This document shows positions 43,758-52,928 of a stretch of 64,000 bases of DNA, in pieces. The translations under genes were made by a program, and so were the position numbers. Source of the DNA: Halothiobacillus sp. Its GTDB lineage: Bacteria > Pseudomonadota > Gammaproteobacteria > Halothiobacillales > Halothiobacillaceae. A model generated the notes under the pieces. The model searched no databases, was not told where the DNA came from, and saw only the letters and a program-made list of their open reading frames with translations. The DNA lies in assembly GCA_011389965.1 (NCBI GenBank), contig JAABTF010000004.1:9739-73738 (forward strand), in the 5' to 3' direction. Position 1 is the first letter of the stretch; each line of letters begins with the position of its first letter.

Positions 43758-44951
43758 ATGCTCGATTGGAATGACCCGCTAAAGCAAAGCGACTCGACCG
43801 CCTCGGCGACCCAGAACCCCAACGTCATGCCCGCTTCCTGGGATGACGGCCTGGCCCACGACCAGGAAAACCACTTCGACCCCGCCGCCGCCGAAGGCGC
43901 CGACCAGACCGGTCTGGGTGGTATCGACGCCAACGCCGGGCGCGTCGACGTCTCGGAAAAGCGCATCATCAACGCCACCGCCGACGTCAACCAGCTCCTA
44001 CCGCTTAAATACCAGTGGGCCTGGGAGAAGTACCTTGCCGGCTGCAACAACCACTGGATGCCCACCGAGGTCTCCATGCAGGCGGACCTGGCCCTGTGGA
44101 AATCCAAGGACGGCCTGACCCAGGACGAGCGCGACATGGTGATGCGCAACCTGGGCTTCTTCGCCACCGCCGAGAGCCTGGTCGCCAACAACATCGTGCT
44201 GGCCGTCTACGAGCAGGTCACCAACCCCGAGTGCCGCCAGTATCTGCTGCGCCAGGCCTTCGAGGAAGCGGTCCACACCCATACCTTCCAGTACATCGTC
44301 GACAGCCTGGGCCTGGCCGAGGGCGAACTGTTCAACATGTACCGCGAAGTGCCGTCGATCACCGCAAAGGACTCCTGGGCCTTGAAGTACACCCAGAACC
44401 TCTCGGACGGTACCTTCAACACGTCCACGCAAGACGGCGCACAGAACTTCCTGCGTGACCTGGTTGCCTTCTACGTGGTCTTCGAGGGCATGTGGTTCTA
44501 CACCGGCTTCGCGCAGATCCTCAGCTTGGGTCGTCGCAACAAGATGACCGGCATCGCCGAGCAGTACCAGTACATCATGCGCGACGAGTCCATCCACCTG
44601 AACTTCGGCATCGACCTGATCAACCAGATCAAGATCGAGAACCCGGAACTGTGGGGCGAAGCCTTCCAGCACGAAGTGCACGAGATGCTGCGCGAAGCCT
44701 GCGAACTCGAAATCGACTACGCCCGCGACACCATCCCCAACGGCCTGCTCGGCCTGAACGCGGAGATGTGCGAGGAGTACATGCACTTCATCACCAACCG
44801 CCGCTGCAGCCAGATCGGCCTGGCCGAGCTGTACCCGGGTGCGACCAACCCGTTCCCGTGGATGAGTGAGGTGGTCGACCTGAAGAAGGAGAAGAACTTC
44901 TTCGAGACTCGGGTGACGGATTATCAGACTGGTGGCGCCTTAACTTGGTAA
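43758..44951 (+). CDS. nrdB: ribonucleotide reductase beta subunit with class Ic (R2c)-like signature
   Basis: [37 protein letters not shown] and [11 protein letters not shown]. Confidence 0.95.
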   Translation: MLDWNDPLKQSDSTASATQNPNVMPASWDDGLAHDQENHFDPAAAEGADQTGLGGIDANAGRVDVSEKRIINATADVNQLLPLKYQWAWEKYLAGCNNHWMPTEVSMQADLALWKSKDGLTQDERDMVMRNLGFFATAESLVANNIVLAVYEQVTNPECRQYLLRQAFEEAVHTHTFQYIVDSLGLAEGELFNMYREVPSITAKDSWALKYTQNLSDGTFNTSTQDGAQNFLRDLVAFYVVFEGMWFYTGFAQILSLGRRNKMTGIAEQYQYIMRDESIHLNFGIDLINQIKIENPELWGEAFQHEVHEMLREACELEIDYARDTIPNGLLGLNAEMCEEYMHFITNRRCSQIGLAELYPGATNPFPWMSEVVDLKKEKNFFETRVTDYQTGGALTW

Positions 44952-44980
44952 AAGTTCAGATGTAGGTTCCAAAAACCATT

Positions 44981-45016
44981 AAACGCCCCGCTCGCCAGCG
45001 CAAGCGGGGCGTTTTC
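44981..45016 (+). terminator. rho-independent terminator of nrdAB
   Basis: AAACGCCCCGCTCGC-cagc-GCAAGCGGGGCGTTT-T. Confidence 0.85.
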
Positions 45017-45072
45017 TTGGAGAATTCCAAGCCGGAACGCCTAATCAAGGAGAACCACAAGGAGAGCCAGAA

Positions 45073-45902
45073 GTGGAAGGTTCAGAAAATAACGACCAGG
45101 AAGCAAAAGGCACTATAAAGGCTATAGGAAACCTCGTTGACAAAGTGCCAATTTATGAAGATGCCGTCCAACCATTGGCGAAAGAAACGGGCAAAGCTCT
45201 AGGAACTGCTGGCAAAGCAGTAAAGCCGCACTGGCACCAATCCGCGGCCTCGTATGGGGAATGGAGCAGATTAAAGACTTCGTAAAAACGAAGGTATCCT
45301 CAAAACTTGAAGACATACCTCCCGAAAACATATCCACTCCCGATCCTTCCATAGCGGGACCCACGCTAGAATCATTGCGTTTTACAGGCCACAAAGAGTC
45401 GTTAGCTGATATGTACGCGAGTTTGCTCGCTACGTCCATGGATAAGGAAACCGCAAAGTCTGCACATCCCGGATTCGTAGAAATAATACGAAATTGAAGT
45501 AGCGACGAAGCAAAGATATTACCTCATATTTCCTCGATAGGCTCTTTTCCAATAATTGACATAAGAAAAAAGTCCACAGAGGGAAAAGGCTTTATAACTA
45601 CAAACGAACTGGTTAGCACAGTCGGCCACGACGCCAAGTGCGAACATCAAGAACTTTCGGCGTCCTACCTAAAAAATCTTGAACGACTGGGTTTGATCGA
45701 TTTTCACCGCGAACTGAAATTAACTGACAACGAACAATACGACCGGATATTGAGTGACCCTCCGGTGAAAAATATAGAAAAAGAGATAGCGGAATCCGGC
45801 AATCATACGGCGGACTTTTCGAAATATCATGCCAACCTTTCGCAGCTTGGAGTAATGTTTATTGGAGCCTGTGTCCGCGGCAACGAGGAAGATCAAGAAT
45901 AA
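45073..45902 (+). pseudogene. DUF4393/Abi-alpha-like gene with a frameshift (~45224) and an in-frame TGA (45495-45497)
   Basis: Three ORF fragments join into one protein with YEDAVQP..KE.GKAL, IP..NI..P..SIAGP.LE, MYA.LLA.SMD and HPGFVEIIR.*SSDEAKIL. Clearly AT-richer than its flanks. Confidence 0.75.
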
Positions 45903-45983
45903 CAACTCTTTATTAATTATATAAAGCCTTCGCACGCATCCAATTGAAGCGGGAAAAAGACCAAAAGCACTTAGGACGCCTCA

Positions 45984-46650
45984 GGGTTTCGCGCGCCAGC
46001 AGAGCGGGTGCTGGTCACCACCCACCGCAGCAGGCGCGCGAGGCACTTTCTCTTGTTTGCCCAAGAGAAAAGTGCCCAAAGAGAACGGCACCCCCCTCGC
46101 CTTGTCTCTGCGGGCCTCCCTTCCGTCCGGGGTGTCGCGGACGGGTCGGATCAACGCGACGTCCTGTCGCGGCTTCGCGCCTGAAGGCGCTCCTACGGGG
46201 TGGAGGATGTTGTAGGAGCGTGTTCAGGCGTGACTTATCGGTGGGTTATTGCATGCGAGGAGCACGCGCCGTTGGCGCGTTTCGCGAGGGGGGGGGCTCG
46301 CTCCCAGCGGGGATCTGGTGGTGTGGAGCGAGCCTTGCTCGCGAAAGCCGCCGTGCGGCTGTCCCGCGTCGAGGTGAGCGACACGGTTAATACGAACCAA
46401 GGGATAGTCGGCTGGCAATCCCCGGGGCCCCTGTGCCTTGCCTCGTCAGCGGTGGCTTGCCGGGTCTGGGCGGCATGGACGGCGCCCAGAGGTTCGCCGC
46501 GACAGGAGGTCGCGTCGAATCGGGCCCGACAGCAAGCCACCGCTGACGAGGGAAGCCCGAAGGGCCAAGGCGCCGGGGTGTCCTTGTCTTTGGGTACTTT
46601 CTATTGGACAAGCAATAGAAAGTGCCTCGGGCGTGGGCAACGCGGCCCAA
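45984..46650. repeat. large imperfect inverted-repeat element (~135-bp arms at 46039-46173 and 46496-46629)
   Basis: Left arm CGAGGCACTTTCTCTTGTTTGCCCAAGAGAAAAGTGCCCAAAG… matches the reverse complement of the right arm, CGAGGCACTTTCTATTGCTTGTCCAATAGAAAGTACCCAAAG…. Confidence 0.8.
46174..46345. repeat. four GTAG/GTGG-type REP-like units in alternating orientation (BIME/REPIN-like)
   Basis: GTAGGAGCGCCTTCAGGCGCGAA (-, 46174-46196), GTAGGAGCGTGTTCAGGCGTGA (+, 46212-46233), a degenerate copy (-, 46281-46307) and GTGGAGCGAGCCTTGCTCGCGAA (+, 46323-46345). Confidence 0.7.
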
Positions 46651-46772
46651 ACAAAGTTTCCAAACGAAACAAACGGCCGAAACCCATTCCACCTCCACAC
46701 AAAGGCGCCCTGCTCGGTGCCATATCCAACCGAGGCGGGAACTCGCGCCAGTGAGTCGGCCAGTCGGCCGAC

Positions 46773-46794
46773 GTTGGGCTGAAGCCCAACCCAC
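46773..46794 (-). repeat. REP-like unit of a second family
   Basis: Reverse complement reads GTGG-GTTGGGCTTCAGCCCAAC: a GTRG tetranucleotide followed by a palindrome. Confidence 0.6.
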
Positions 46795-46910
46795 AGCACT
46801 TTTCAGCCCGGGTCCCGCGTCGTGGGCGGGTTTGGCGAGCGAGGATCGCTCGCACAGGGGCGTGCTCGGTAATGAACGGTCGGGGGCGGATTCCAAGGCC
46901 TCCCGCGGGT

Positions 46911-48062
46911 TCAGAGCGCGATCCGCACCCGATACCCCTGAAACTCGATCTCACCACTCCCCTGCCCACGGGCCGTCACCCGCAACACCTGCGGGTCGAC
47001 GAACTCGGCCTCGATCTCTAGCGACGGGTGGGTCGCCAGCCGGTAGGACATGCTTGCATCGCCGCCCTCGACGGGTGGGATCTGCAGCAGGAAAGGCCGC
47101 CCCGGCTCCGGCCGGACGATATGGTCCGCCTCCGTGATCCAGTGCACCGGCTCCTGCCGCTCGCGCACGCGAAAACCCCAGGCGTGGTTGTGCAGCCCGT
47201 CCTTTCCGTAACGCAACTCCGCGCGGTAGGTCTGGCCCCACTCCAGTCGTCCTCGCGGAAAGAGAACGAACTGATGGTCGTTGAGCAGGCCGTGCGGATC
47301 GTTGCTCTTCTGCCGCTGGACGATCATCGGCAAGCGACGCCCGGTTTCCGCCTCGACCAGTTGTAGTCGCACCGCCTGCGGCGCTTCCGGGAAACGAACG
47401 GGATTGAACTGAACCGAAATCGGATAGCCGCTCACCGCGTGTCCCGGCAGCGGGTCGGGCTGCTCGGCGAAGAACACGGGCGGAATGTCCTCGGCCCCGT
47501 CGGGCGGCCAGACCACCAGCGGGGGCTGTTCGGGTGCTGCCGCTGCCCCGCGATGGCCAAGCAGGTATACCCAGGCTATTTGTTCCCGTTGGTGACAGCC
47601 GATTCCCAGCTCATCACGGGTCCAGTCGAGCAGCAGAAAGCGGTGGTACGGCCCGGCGAGCAGGTCGTCGAGCGAGCGCCGCGCATCGGATACACGGCTT
47701 TCGTTCATGTAGGTCGAGAGCACCTCGGCCACGTAGCGATTGGGATAGCCCGCCGACAGGGCGCGGTCACCTGGCTGTCGGCCGGTGAAGCCCGCACGCC
47801 CGGGAGTTTGCCGGTGGCTGTTGACGCCATGCGTGGCGAGATAGCGGCCATGCGCCGATGCGGCGCTCACCAATGCCGGCGACATCGTCAACGCGCCCAA
47901 GCCGGCTTGTTGGCGCCAAGCGTTGAGTTGGTCGCGCGCGTCCTCTGCTACCGGTGCCCCGGGACAGGCGTCCAGCGTGAGGTTCGGGGACTGGGCGCAG
48001 CCGGCCAGCTGCGCCAGCATGGCGGCAAAAAGCAGCGGTCGGATCGGGACGGGTCGCGTCAT
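46911..48062 (-). CDS. CAP/SCP domain lipoprotein
   Basis: Lipobox LAGC; LNAWRQQAGL..L....L..AA.AH..YL, SH, E and PYHR CAP motifs; C-terminal beta-rich region. Confidence 0.8.
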   Translation of the reverse strand: MTRPVPIRPLLFAAMLAQLAGCAQSPNLTLDACPGAPVAEDARDQLNAWRQQAGLGALTMSPALVSAASAHGRYLATHGVNSHRQTPGRAGFTGRQPGDRALSAGYPNRYVAEVLSTYMNESRVSDARRSLDDLLAGPYHRFLLLDWTRDELGIGCHQREQIAWVYLLGHRGAAAAPEQPPLVVWPPDGAEDIPPVFFAEQPDPLPGHAVSGYPISVQFNPVRFPEAPQAVRLQLVEAETGRRLPMIVQRQKSNDPHGLLNDHQFVLFPRGRLEWGQTYRAELRYGKDGLHNHAWGFRVRERQEPVHWITEADHIVRPEPGRPFLLQIPPVEGGDASMSYRLATHPSLEIEAEFVDPQVLRVTARGQGSGEIEFQGYRVRIAL

Positions 48063-48445
48063 GGGGACTCGGCAGGGACGTGTCGATTCAGGGTGGACGG
48101 CGTGGACCGCCCCCGGGATTGTACGTGGCTATGGGCCGAGGAGGTGGGCACGAAGGGATAAAGGGGGCCGAAGCGTCAAGGGATAAGGGGTCAGACCCCG
48201 TTAACACGCTTGGGTGATGTCGCAGGCCCTCAACCGCGAGTGCTGACCAGCATCGCGCCTATGCAGCATCAAAGCCAGAATTCGCGCCAGCGGCGCGATT
48301 CGCTTCCAAGGCAAATCGACCACGCCGTAGACCGCGTCCCTCAACAAAACAGTGCGCGCCGACGCCATTCCCCTGATTCACCGGCCCCGATCAGCTAGAG
48401 TGCATCAGGGTCTCCATTCGATACAGCGGCAGTGCGACGTACCTC

Positions 48446-50170
48446 ATGACCAAAGTCTCGCTCCTGATCGGCCGCCTCTTCGGTGACGTCGGCACGGTCT
48501 TCTATCTCTCGGTGGTGATCATTAGCGGTTTTGTCACCCTGGCCGCCGTGTACCCCGCCGAGGTCGAGCGCGTCGCACAGCAGGTGCTGGACTTCACGGC
48601 CAACAAGATGGGCTGGATGTACCTGCTGGCGACCAGCGGCTTCTTGGTCTTCGTCCTGTTCCTGGGACTGTCCAAGTTCGGCAACGTCCGACTGGGCCCG
48701 CCGGACGAGCCGCCGGAATTCAGCTTCCGCAGCTGGCTGGCCATGATCTTCTCCGGCGGCATGGGCGTGGGCCTGGTCTTCTGGGGCGTGGCCGAGCCGG
48801 TGATGCACTTCAACAACCCGCCCATGGGCCTGAGCGATCCGCGCTCGCCGGAGGCCGCTCAGATCGGCATGCGCTATTCGTTTTTCCACTGGGGGCTGCA
48901 CCAGTGGGCCAACTTCGCGCTGGTGGGGCTCGCACTCGCCTATATCCGTTTTCGCCACAATGCCCGCGGCCTGATCAGCGAGACCTTCCGCCCGCTGTTC
49001 GGCAAGCACGTCGAGGGTTTCGGCGGCAAGCTGATCGACACCCTAGCGGTGGTCTCGACCATCTTCGGCGTGGCCACCACCCTCGGTCTGGGCGCGCTGC
49101 AGATCAACAGCGGTCTGGCCCAGTTCGAGGGCGTCGATTACGGCACCAACGCGCAACTCGCGATCATCGGCGGGCTGGCGGTGCTGTTCACCATCTCGGC
49201 AATGACCCCGCTGAGCCACGGCATACGCTACCTGTCCAATATCAACATGATCCTGGCTGTGGGCCTGTTTTTGTACGTGCTGATCCTCGGCCCCACCGCG
49301 TTCATCTTCCAGGAGTTCACCCAGACCATGGGCGAATACCTCGGCAATATCATGCAGATGAGCCTGGTGACCACGCCCTATTCCAGCGAGCACTGGGTGC
49401 AGCAGTGGACGATGTTCTACTGGGCGTGGGGGCTTTCCTGGGCACCGTTCGTGGGCTCGTTCATCGCGCGGATATCGCGTGGGCGGACCATCCGTGAGTT
49501 CGTGCTGGGCGTGATGATCGTGCCAGTGGGCCTGTCCTTCCTGTGGTTCTCCACCTTCGGCGGCAGCGCGATCTTCCTCGAGCTCAACGAAGGTGTCGGC
49601 ATTGCCGACGCAGTGGCCCGCGAGGTGCCCGCCGGGCTCTACATGCTGCTCGACCAGCTTCCTTGGGGCACCTATGCCGGATTGGTGGCCTTGGCGCTGA
49701 TCAGCGTGTTCGTGGTCACGTCTGCCGACTCCGCCACTTTCGTGCTGGGGATGTTCACCTCCAAGGGCGTGCTCAATCCGACGCGCTTCGTCCGGGTGCT
49801 CTGGGGCATGCTGCAGCTGTCCATGGCGGTTGTGCTGCTGTTGAGCGGCGGGCTGGAAGGCCTGCGGACCGTCTCGATCATCGCCGCCTTCCCCTTCATG
49901 TTGCTGATGGTGCTGATGGCTTTCGCTCTGCACCGAGACCTGACCCAGGAATTCTGGCAACGCGAGGAGAAGGAGCGAGTGATACATCAACGCATCGAGA
50001 ACATGCTGATGCGCGAATCCGAACGCCAGGCCGAACGAGAAGCCGCCGAAGAGGTCCACCCCACGGCCCCCGACACCGTGAGCGGCCCCGAAGCGCCGCG
50101 TAGCGCAAGTGTCGGCCAGCATACCGAGCCGCCTAAGCCCAAAGAAGCCGGCGAGAATAAGAACGAGTGA
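48446..50170 (+). CDS. BCCT family transporter
   Basis: SWLAMIFSGGMGVG, FHWGLH.W, WT.FYWAW..SWAPFVG.FIARISRGRTIREF and TSADS, with a charged C-terminal tail. Confidence 0.93.
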   Translation: MTKVSLLIGRLFGDVGTVFYLSVVIISGFVTLAAVYPAEVERVAQQVLDFTANKMGWMYLLATSGFLVFVLFLGLSKFGNVRLGPPDEPPEFSFRSWLAMIFSGGMGVGLVFWGVAEPVMHFNNPPMGLSDPRSPEAAQIGMRYSFFHWGLHQWANFALVGLALAYIRFRHNARGLISETFRPLFGKHVEGFGGKLIDTLAVVSTIFGVATTLGLGALQINSGLAQFEGVDYGTNAQLAIIGGLAVLFTISAMTPLSHGIRYLSNINMILAVGLFLYVLILGPTAFIFQEFTQTMGEYLGNIMQMSLVTTPYSSEHWVQQWTMFYWAWGLSWAPFVGSFIARISRGRTIREFVLGVMIVPVGLSFLWFSTFGGSAIFLELNEGVGIADAVAREVPAGLYMLLDQLPWGTYAGLVALALISVFVVTSADSATFVLGMFTSKGVLNPTRFVRVLWGMLQLSMAVVLLLSGGLEGLRTVSIIAAFPFMLLMVLMAFALHRDLTQEFWQREEKERVIHQRIENMLMRESERQAEREAAEEVHPTAPDTVSGPEAPRSASVGQHTEPPKPKEAGENKNE

Positions 50171-50264
50171 TCCGGCGACCGGCCGGGACCCGGTCACCTC
50201 GACGGATGAAAGGCGGCTCGTGGCCGCCTTTTCCGGTTCAGGGCGTCGTGTCGCGCCGCTCCGA

Positions 50265-52928
50265 TCAGTGGCCGTCGTACCGACACGCCCGATTCCGACC
50301 ACCCTTCTTTGCCTGGTACATGGCCGCGTCGGCCTGTTTGAGCAAATCCTCGTCGTCCAACGACTCATCCTGTGGGTAGAAGGTATAGCCCACGCTGGCA
50401 GTGACTTTGAGCGTGACTCCGTCGATATTGCGCTCGCGGGCTGCCGCTTCGACCAGCCTGTTGATGACCGGCTCGGCATCCGCCTCCTCTTCCAGCCCGC
50501 CCAGTATGGCGACGAATTCGTCCCCGCTGATGCGCGCCAGGGTATCGGTTTCCCGCAACTGGGCGCCCAGATCCCGTGCCACGTCGATCAAAAGCTTGTC
50601 ACCCATGTCGTGGCCGTGCTCGTCATTGACGGCCTTGAATCCGTCCAGATCGAGGAACGCCACCGCCAGCCGACCCCGGTGACGTCGCGCCGCGGCCATG
50701 GCCTGGCGTAGGCGGTCGGCCATGAGCACGCGATTGGGCAACCCGGTCAACGCATCATGGTTCGCGCGGTGCTCGAGCTCTTTCTGATAATCCTTGATCT
50801 CGGTGATGTCGGTGGCCAGGGCAATGTAGTTGCTGGGCTTGCCGGTGGCATCCTGCACCACACTCATGGTCAATCGCTCGGCATAGATGTGACCCTGCTT
50901 GTGGCGATTCCATATCTCGCCGGTCCAGTAGCCGTCCGTTTCCAGTTGTTCCCGCATGCCGCGGTAGAACGCCTTGTCGTGATATCCCGACTGCAAGAAT
51001 TTTGGAGTGCGGCCGATCACCTCATCACGCCGCCAACCGGTCACCTCGGTGAAGGCCGCATTGATGTCGATGATCCGCGCGTCGAGATCGGTGATCAGGA
51101 TCGCCTCACGGGCATGGGTGAACACCGATGCGGCCAGCCGCAGATCCTCTTCCATCCGCTTGCGCGCCGTGATGTCCTGGTGCGTGCCCCACATGCGCAG
51201 TGGCTTGTCGTCCGTGGTCCATTCGAGAATCTGGCCGCGCGTGAGCACCCAGACCCAGTGGCCATCACGATGGCGCATGCGCACCTCGGCCTCGAAATAT
51301 TCACTCTCGCGACGGAAGCAGGCATGCAGCGCCTTCTCCGCCTCGGGCAGGTCACTGGGATAAGTTAAGCGGGTCCAATCATCGACCGAGGTTGGCTCCA
51401 GTTCTGCCAGTTCGTAGCCGAGCATTTCCGCCCAGCGCTCGTTGAGCACCGTCTCGCCGGTCTGGATGTTCCATTCCCAGGTTCCGACGTTGGTACCCTC
51501 GATCACGTTGTTCAGCCGTTTGCGTTCGCGTTCCAGCGCCTGCTCGGCCCGTTCGCGTTCCGTGACGTCATGGACGATGACGAACATCCGTCCGTTGTCG
51601 CCATGGTCGCCCATTGGGGTGAGATGGACCTCGACCCTCCGCTCCTCGCCCGAACGCAGCCGGTGGGTGTGCAAGTGACACTGCCCCCCGGTGGCGTGGC
51701 CGCTGCAAATCTCCTCGAAGGTCGGGCAGCAATGCGCCCAGAGATCGCCCACGGGCCGACCGACCAGTTCCTCGCGGGCCCAGCCGTAATAGCGCGCCGC
51801 GGCCTGATTGGCGTCAGTGATGCAGCGATGATCGAAATCGATCAGCAGCATCATGGAGGCGTTGTCTTCAAAAAAGCGGCGAAACCGTTCCTCGCTGCGT
51901 CGCAAGGCAAGGTGGCGAAACAGGAGAGCCATCGACAGCAAGGCGATCATGCTGATCGACGTAGCCAATATGATGATCACTACTCGGTGCTGTTGCCAGA
52001 CGTCGCCCCACGTCACTTCGTCCACGGCCTCGAACGGGGACAGGCCGAGCCGACGGCTGATCTCCTCCACCGGCGCGTAGTCGCCCGGCGGTCCGAAGCC
52101 CGCTATGCCCGATAGCATCGCGGCCGGATCGCGAGGATTGAGCGAGAAGAGGGCGGCGCCGATACGTCGCTCCAGATCGGGGTCCATGTGCGGCATGGTC
52201 ACCATGGGCCATTCGGGATATAGCCGGGTGGAGACCACAAACGGGAAGCTACCCAGGTTTTGCGGATGGACCACCCGCAGTTCGTCCAGATGGCTTGCCC
52301 CCTGCCTGCGCAGGCTCTCGAGCACGCCACTGCGGATGAAGCCCACCTCGACCTTGCCGGTCAGCACTGCCTCGATCACGGCATCGTGCGTGCCGACAAA
52401 CTCGAATGATGCCTCCTTGCGCAAGTCCAACCCGGCATCGAACACCTCGTAAAGCGGTGCCCGGTAGCCCCCGAGAAAGCGGGTGCCGGGTGCGGCAATG
52501 GTCTTGCCGGCGAGATCCTGCAATGTCTGGATGTCGGTGATGTCCTTGCGGGTAATGATTACGCCACCGAGGCTCCGTGTGGTGGTGGTGCCCTGGCGGG
52601 CCACTAGCGTGGCCAGCACGCCGGAGAGAGTGCTTTCCGAGCGCACCATGACGTAATGCGTCGGGTTGGTCAGCAACAGGTCGACCTGGTTGCGTCGAAT
52701 GGCTTGGGCAAGACTATCGGGCGGCATGACTTCCAGTCGGAAGGTAGCCCCGTCCACCGAGTCGTTGAGATAATCGACCAAGGGCTGGAACCGCTGCTCC
52801 ATAATAGGGGCCGGACGCATCCCGAATACCCCCACCAGCACCTCGTCATCTGCGTCGAATGCCTGTGCTATCCCGTTCCAGAGCAACAAGGCGAGCAGAG
52901 GCAGGATCAGCGCACGACATCGATTCAT
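50265..52928 (-). CDS. diguanylate cyclase with a periplasmic PhnD-like binding domain, TM and three PAS domains
   Basis: Signal peptide, PBP2-like region (STRLYPEWP), TM, three PAS domains, DALTGLPNR, DLDGFKAVND, RxxD (RETD) and SGDEF. Confidence 0.88.
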   Translation of the reverse strand: MNRCRALILPLLALLLWNGIAQAFDADDEVLVGVFGMRPAPIMEQRFQPLVDYLNDSVDGATFRLEVMPPDSLAQAIRRNQVDLLLTNPTHYVMVRSESTLSGVLATLVARQGTTTTRSLGGVIITRKDITDIQTLQDLAGKTIAAPGTRFLGGYRAPLYEVFDAGLDLRKEASFEFVGTHDAVIEAVLTGKVEVGFIRSGVLESLRRQGASHLDELRVVHPQNLGSFPFVVSTRLYPEWPMVTMPHMDPDLERRIGAALFSLNPRDPAAMLSGIAGFGPPGDYAPVEEISRRLGLSPFEAVDEVTWGDVWQQHRVVIIILATSISMIALLSMALLFRHLALRRSEERFRRFFEDNASMMLLIDFDHRCITDANQAAARYYGWAREELVGRPVGDLWAHCCPTFEEICSGHATGGQCHLHTHRLRSGEERRVEVHLTPMGDHGDNGRMFVIVHDVTERERAEQALERERKRLNNVIEGTNVGTWEWNIQTGETVLNERWAEMLGYELAELEPTSVDDWTRLTYPSDLPEAEKALHACFRRESEYFEAEVRMRHRDGHWVWVLTRGQILEWTTDDKPLRMWGTHQDITARKRMEEDLRLAASVFTHAREAILITDLDARIIDINAAFTEVTGWRRDEVIGRTPKFLQSGYHDKAFYRGMREQLETDGYWTGEIWNRHKQGHIYAERLTMSVVQDATGKPSNYIALATDITEIKDYQKELEHRANHDALTGLPNRVLMADRLRQAMAAARRHRGRLAVAFLDLDGFKAVNDEHGHDMGDKLLIDVARDLGAQLRETDTLARISGDEFVAILGGLEEEADAEPVINRLVEAAARERNIDGVTLKVTASVGYTFYPQDESLDDEDLLKQADAAMYQAKKGGRNRACRYDGH

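Noticed and set aside
45495-45497. Selenocysteine or readthrough at the in-frame TGA
   Set aside because: The position appears to correspond to a hydrophobic residue rather than Cys, no SECIS hairpin is evident, and the gene also has a frameshift.
46174-46345. CRISPR array or integron attC array interpretation of the repeats
   Set aside because: Units alternate in orientation, differ in sequence and lack regular spacers; no cas or intI gene is present.
45944-47137. Several 100-180 aa ORFs across the repeat mosaic
   Set aside because: They are translations of palindromic non-coding DNA, with no codon bias, SD or protein motifs.
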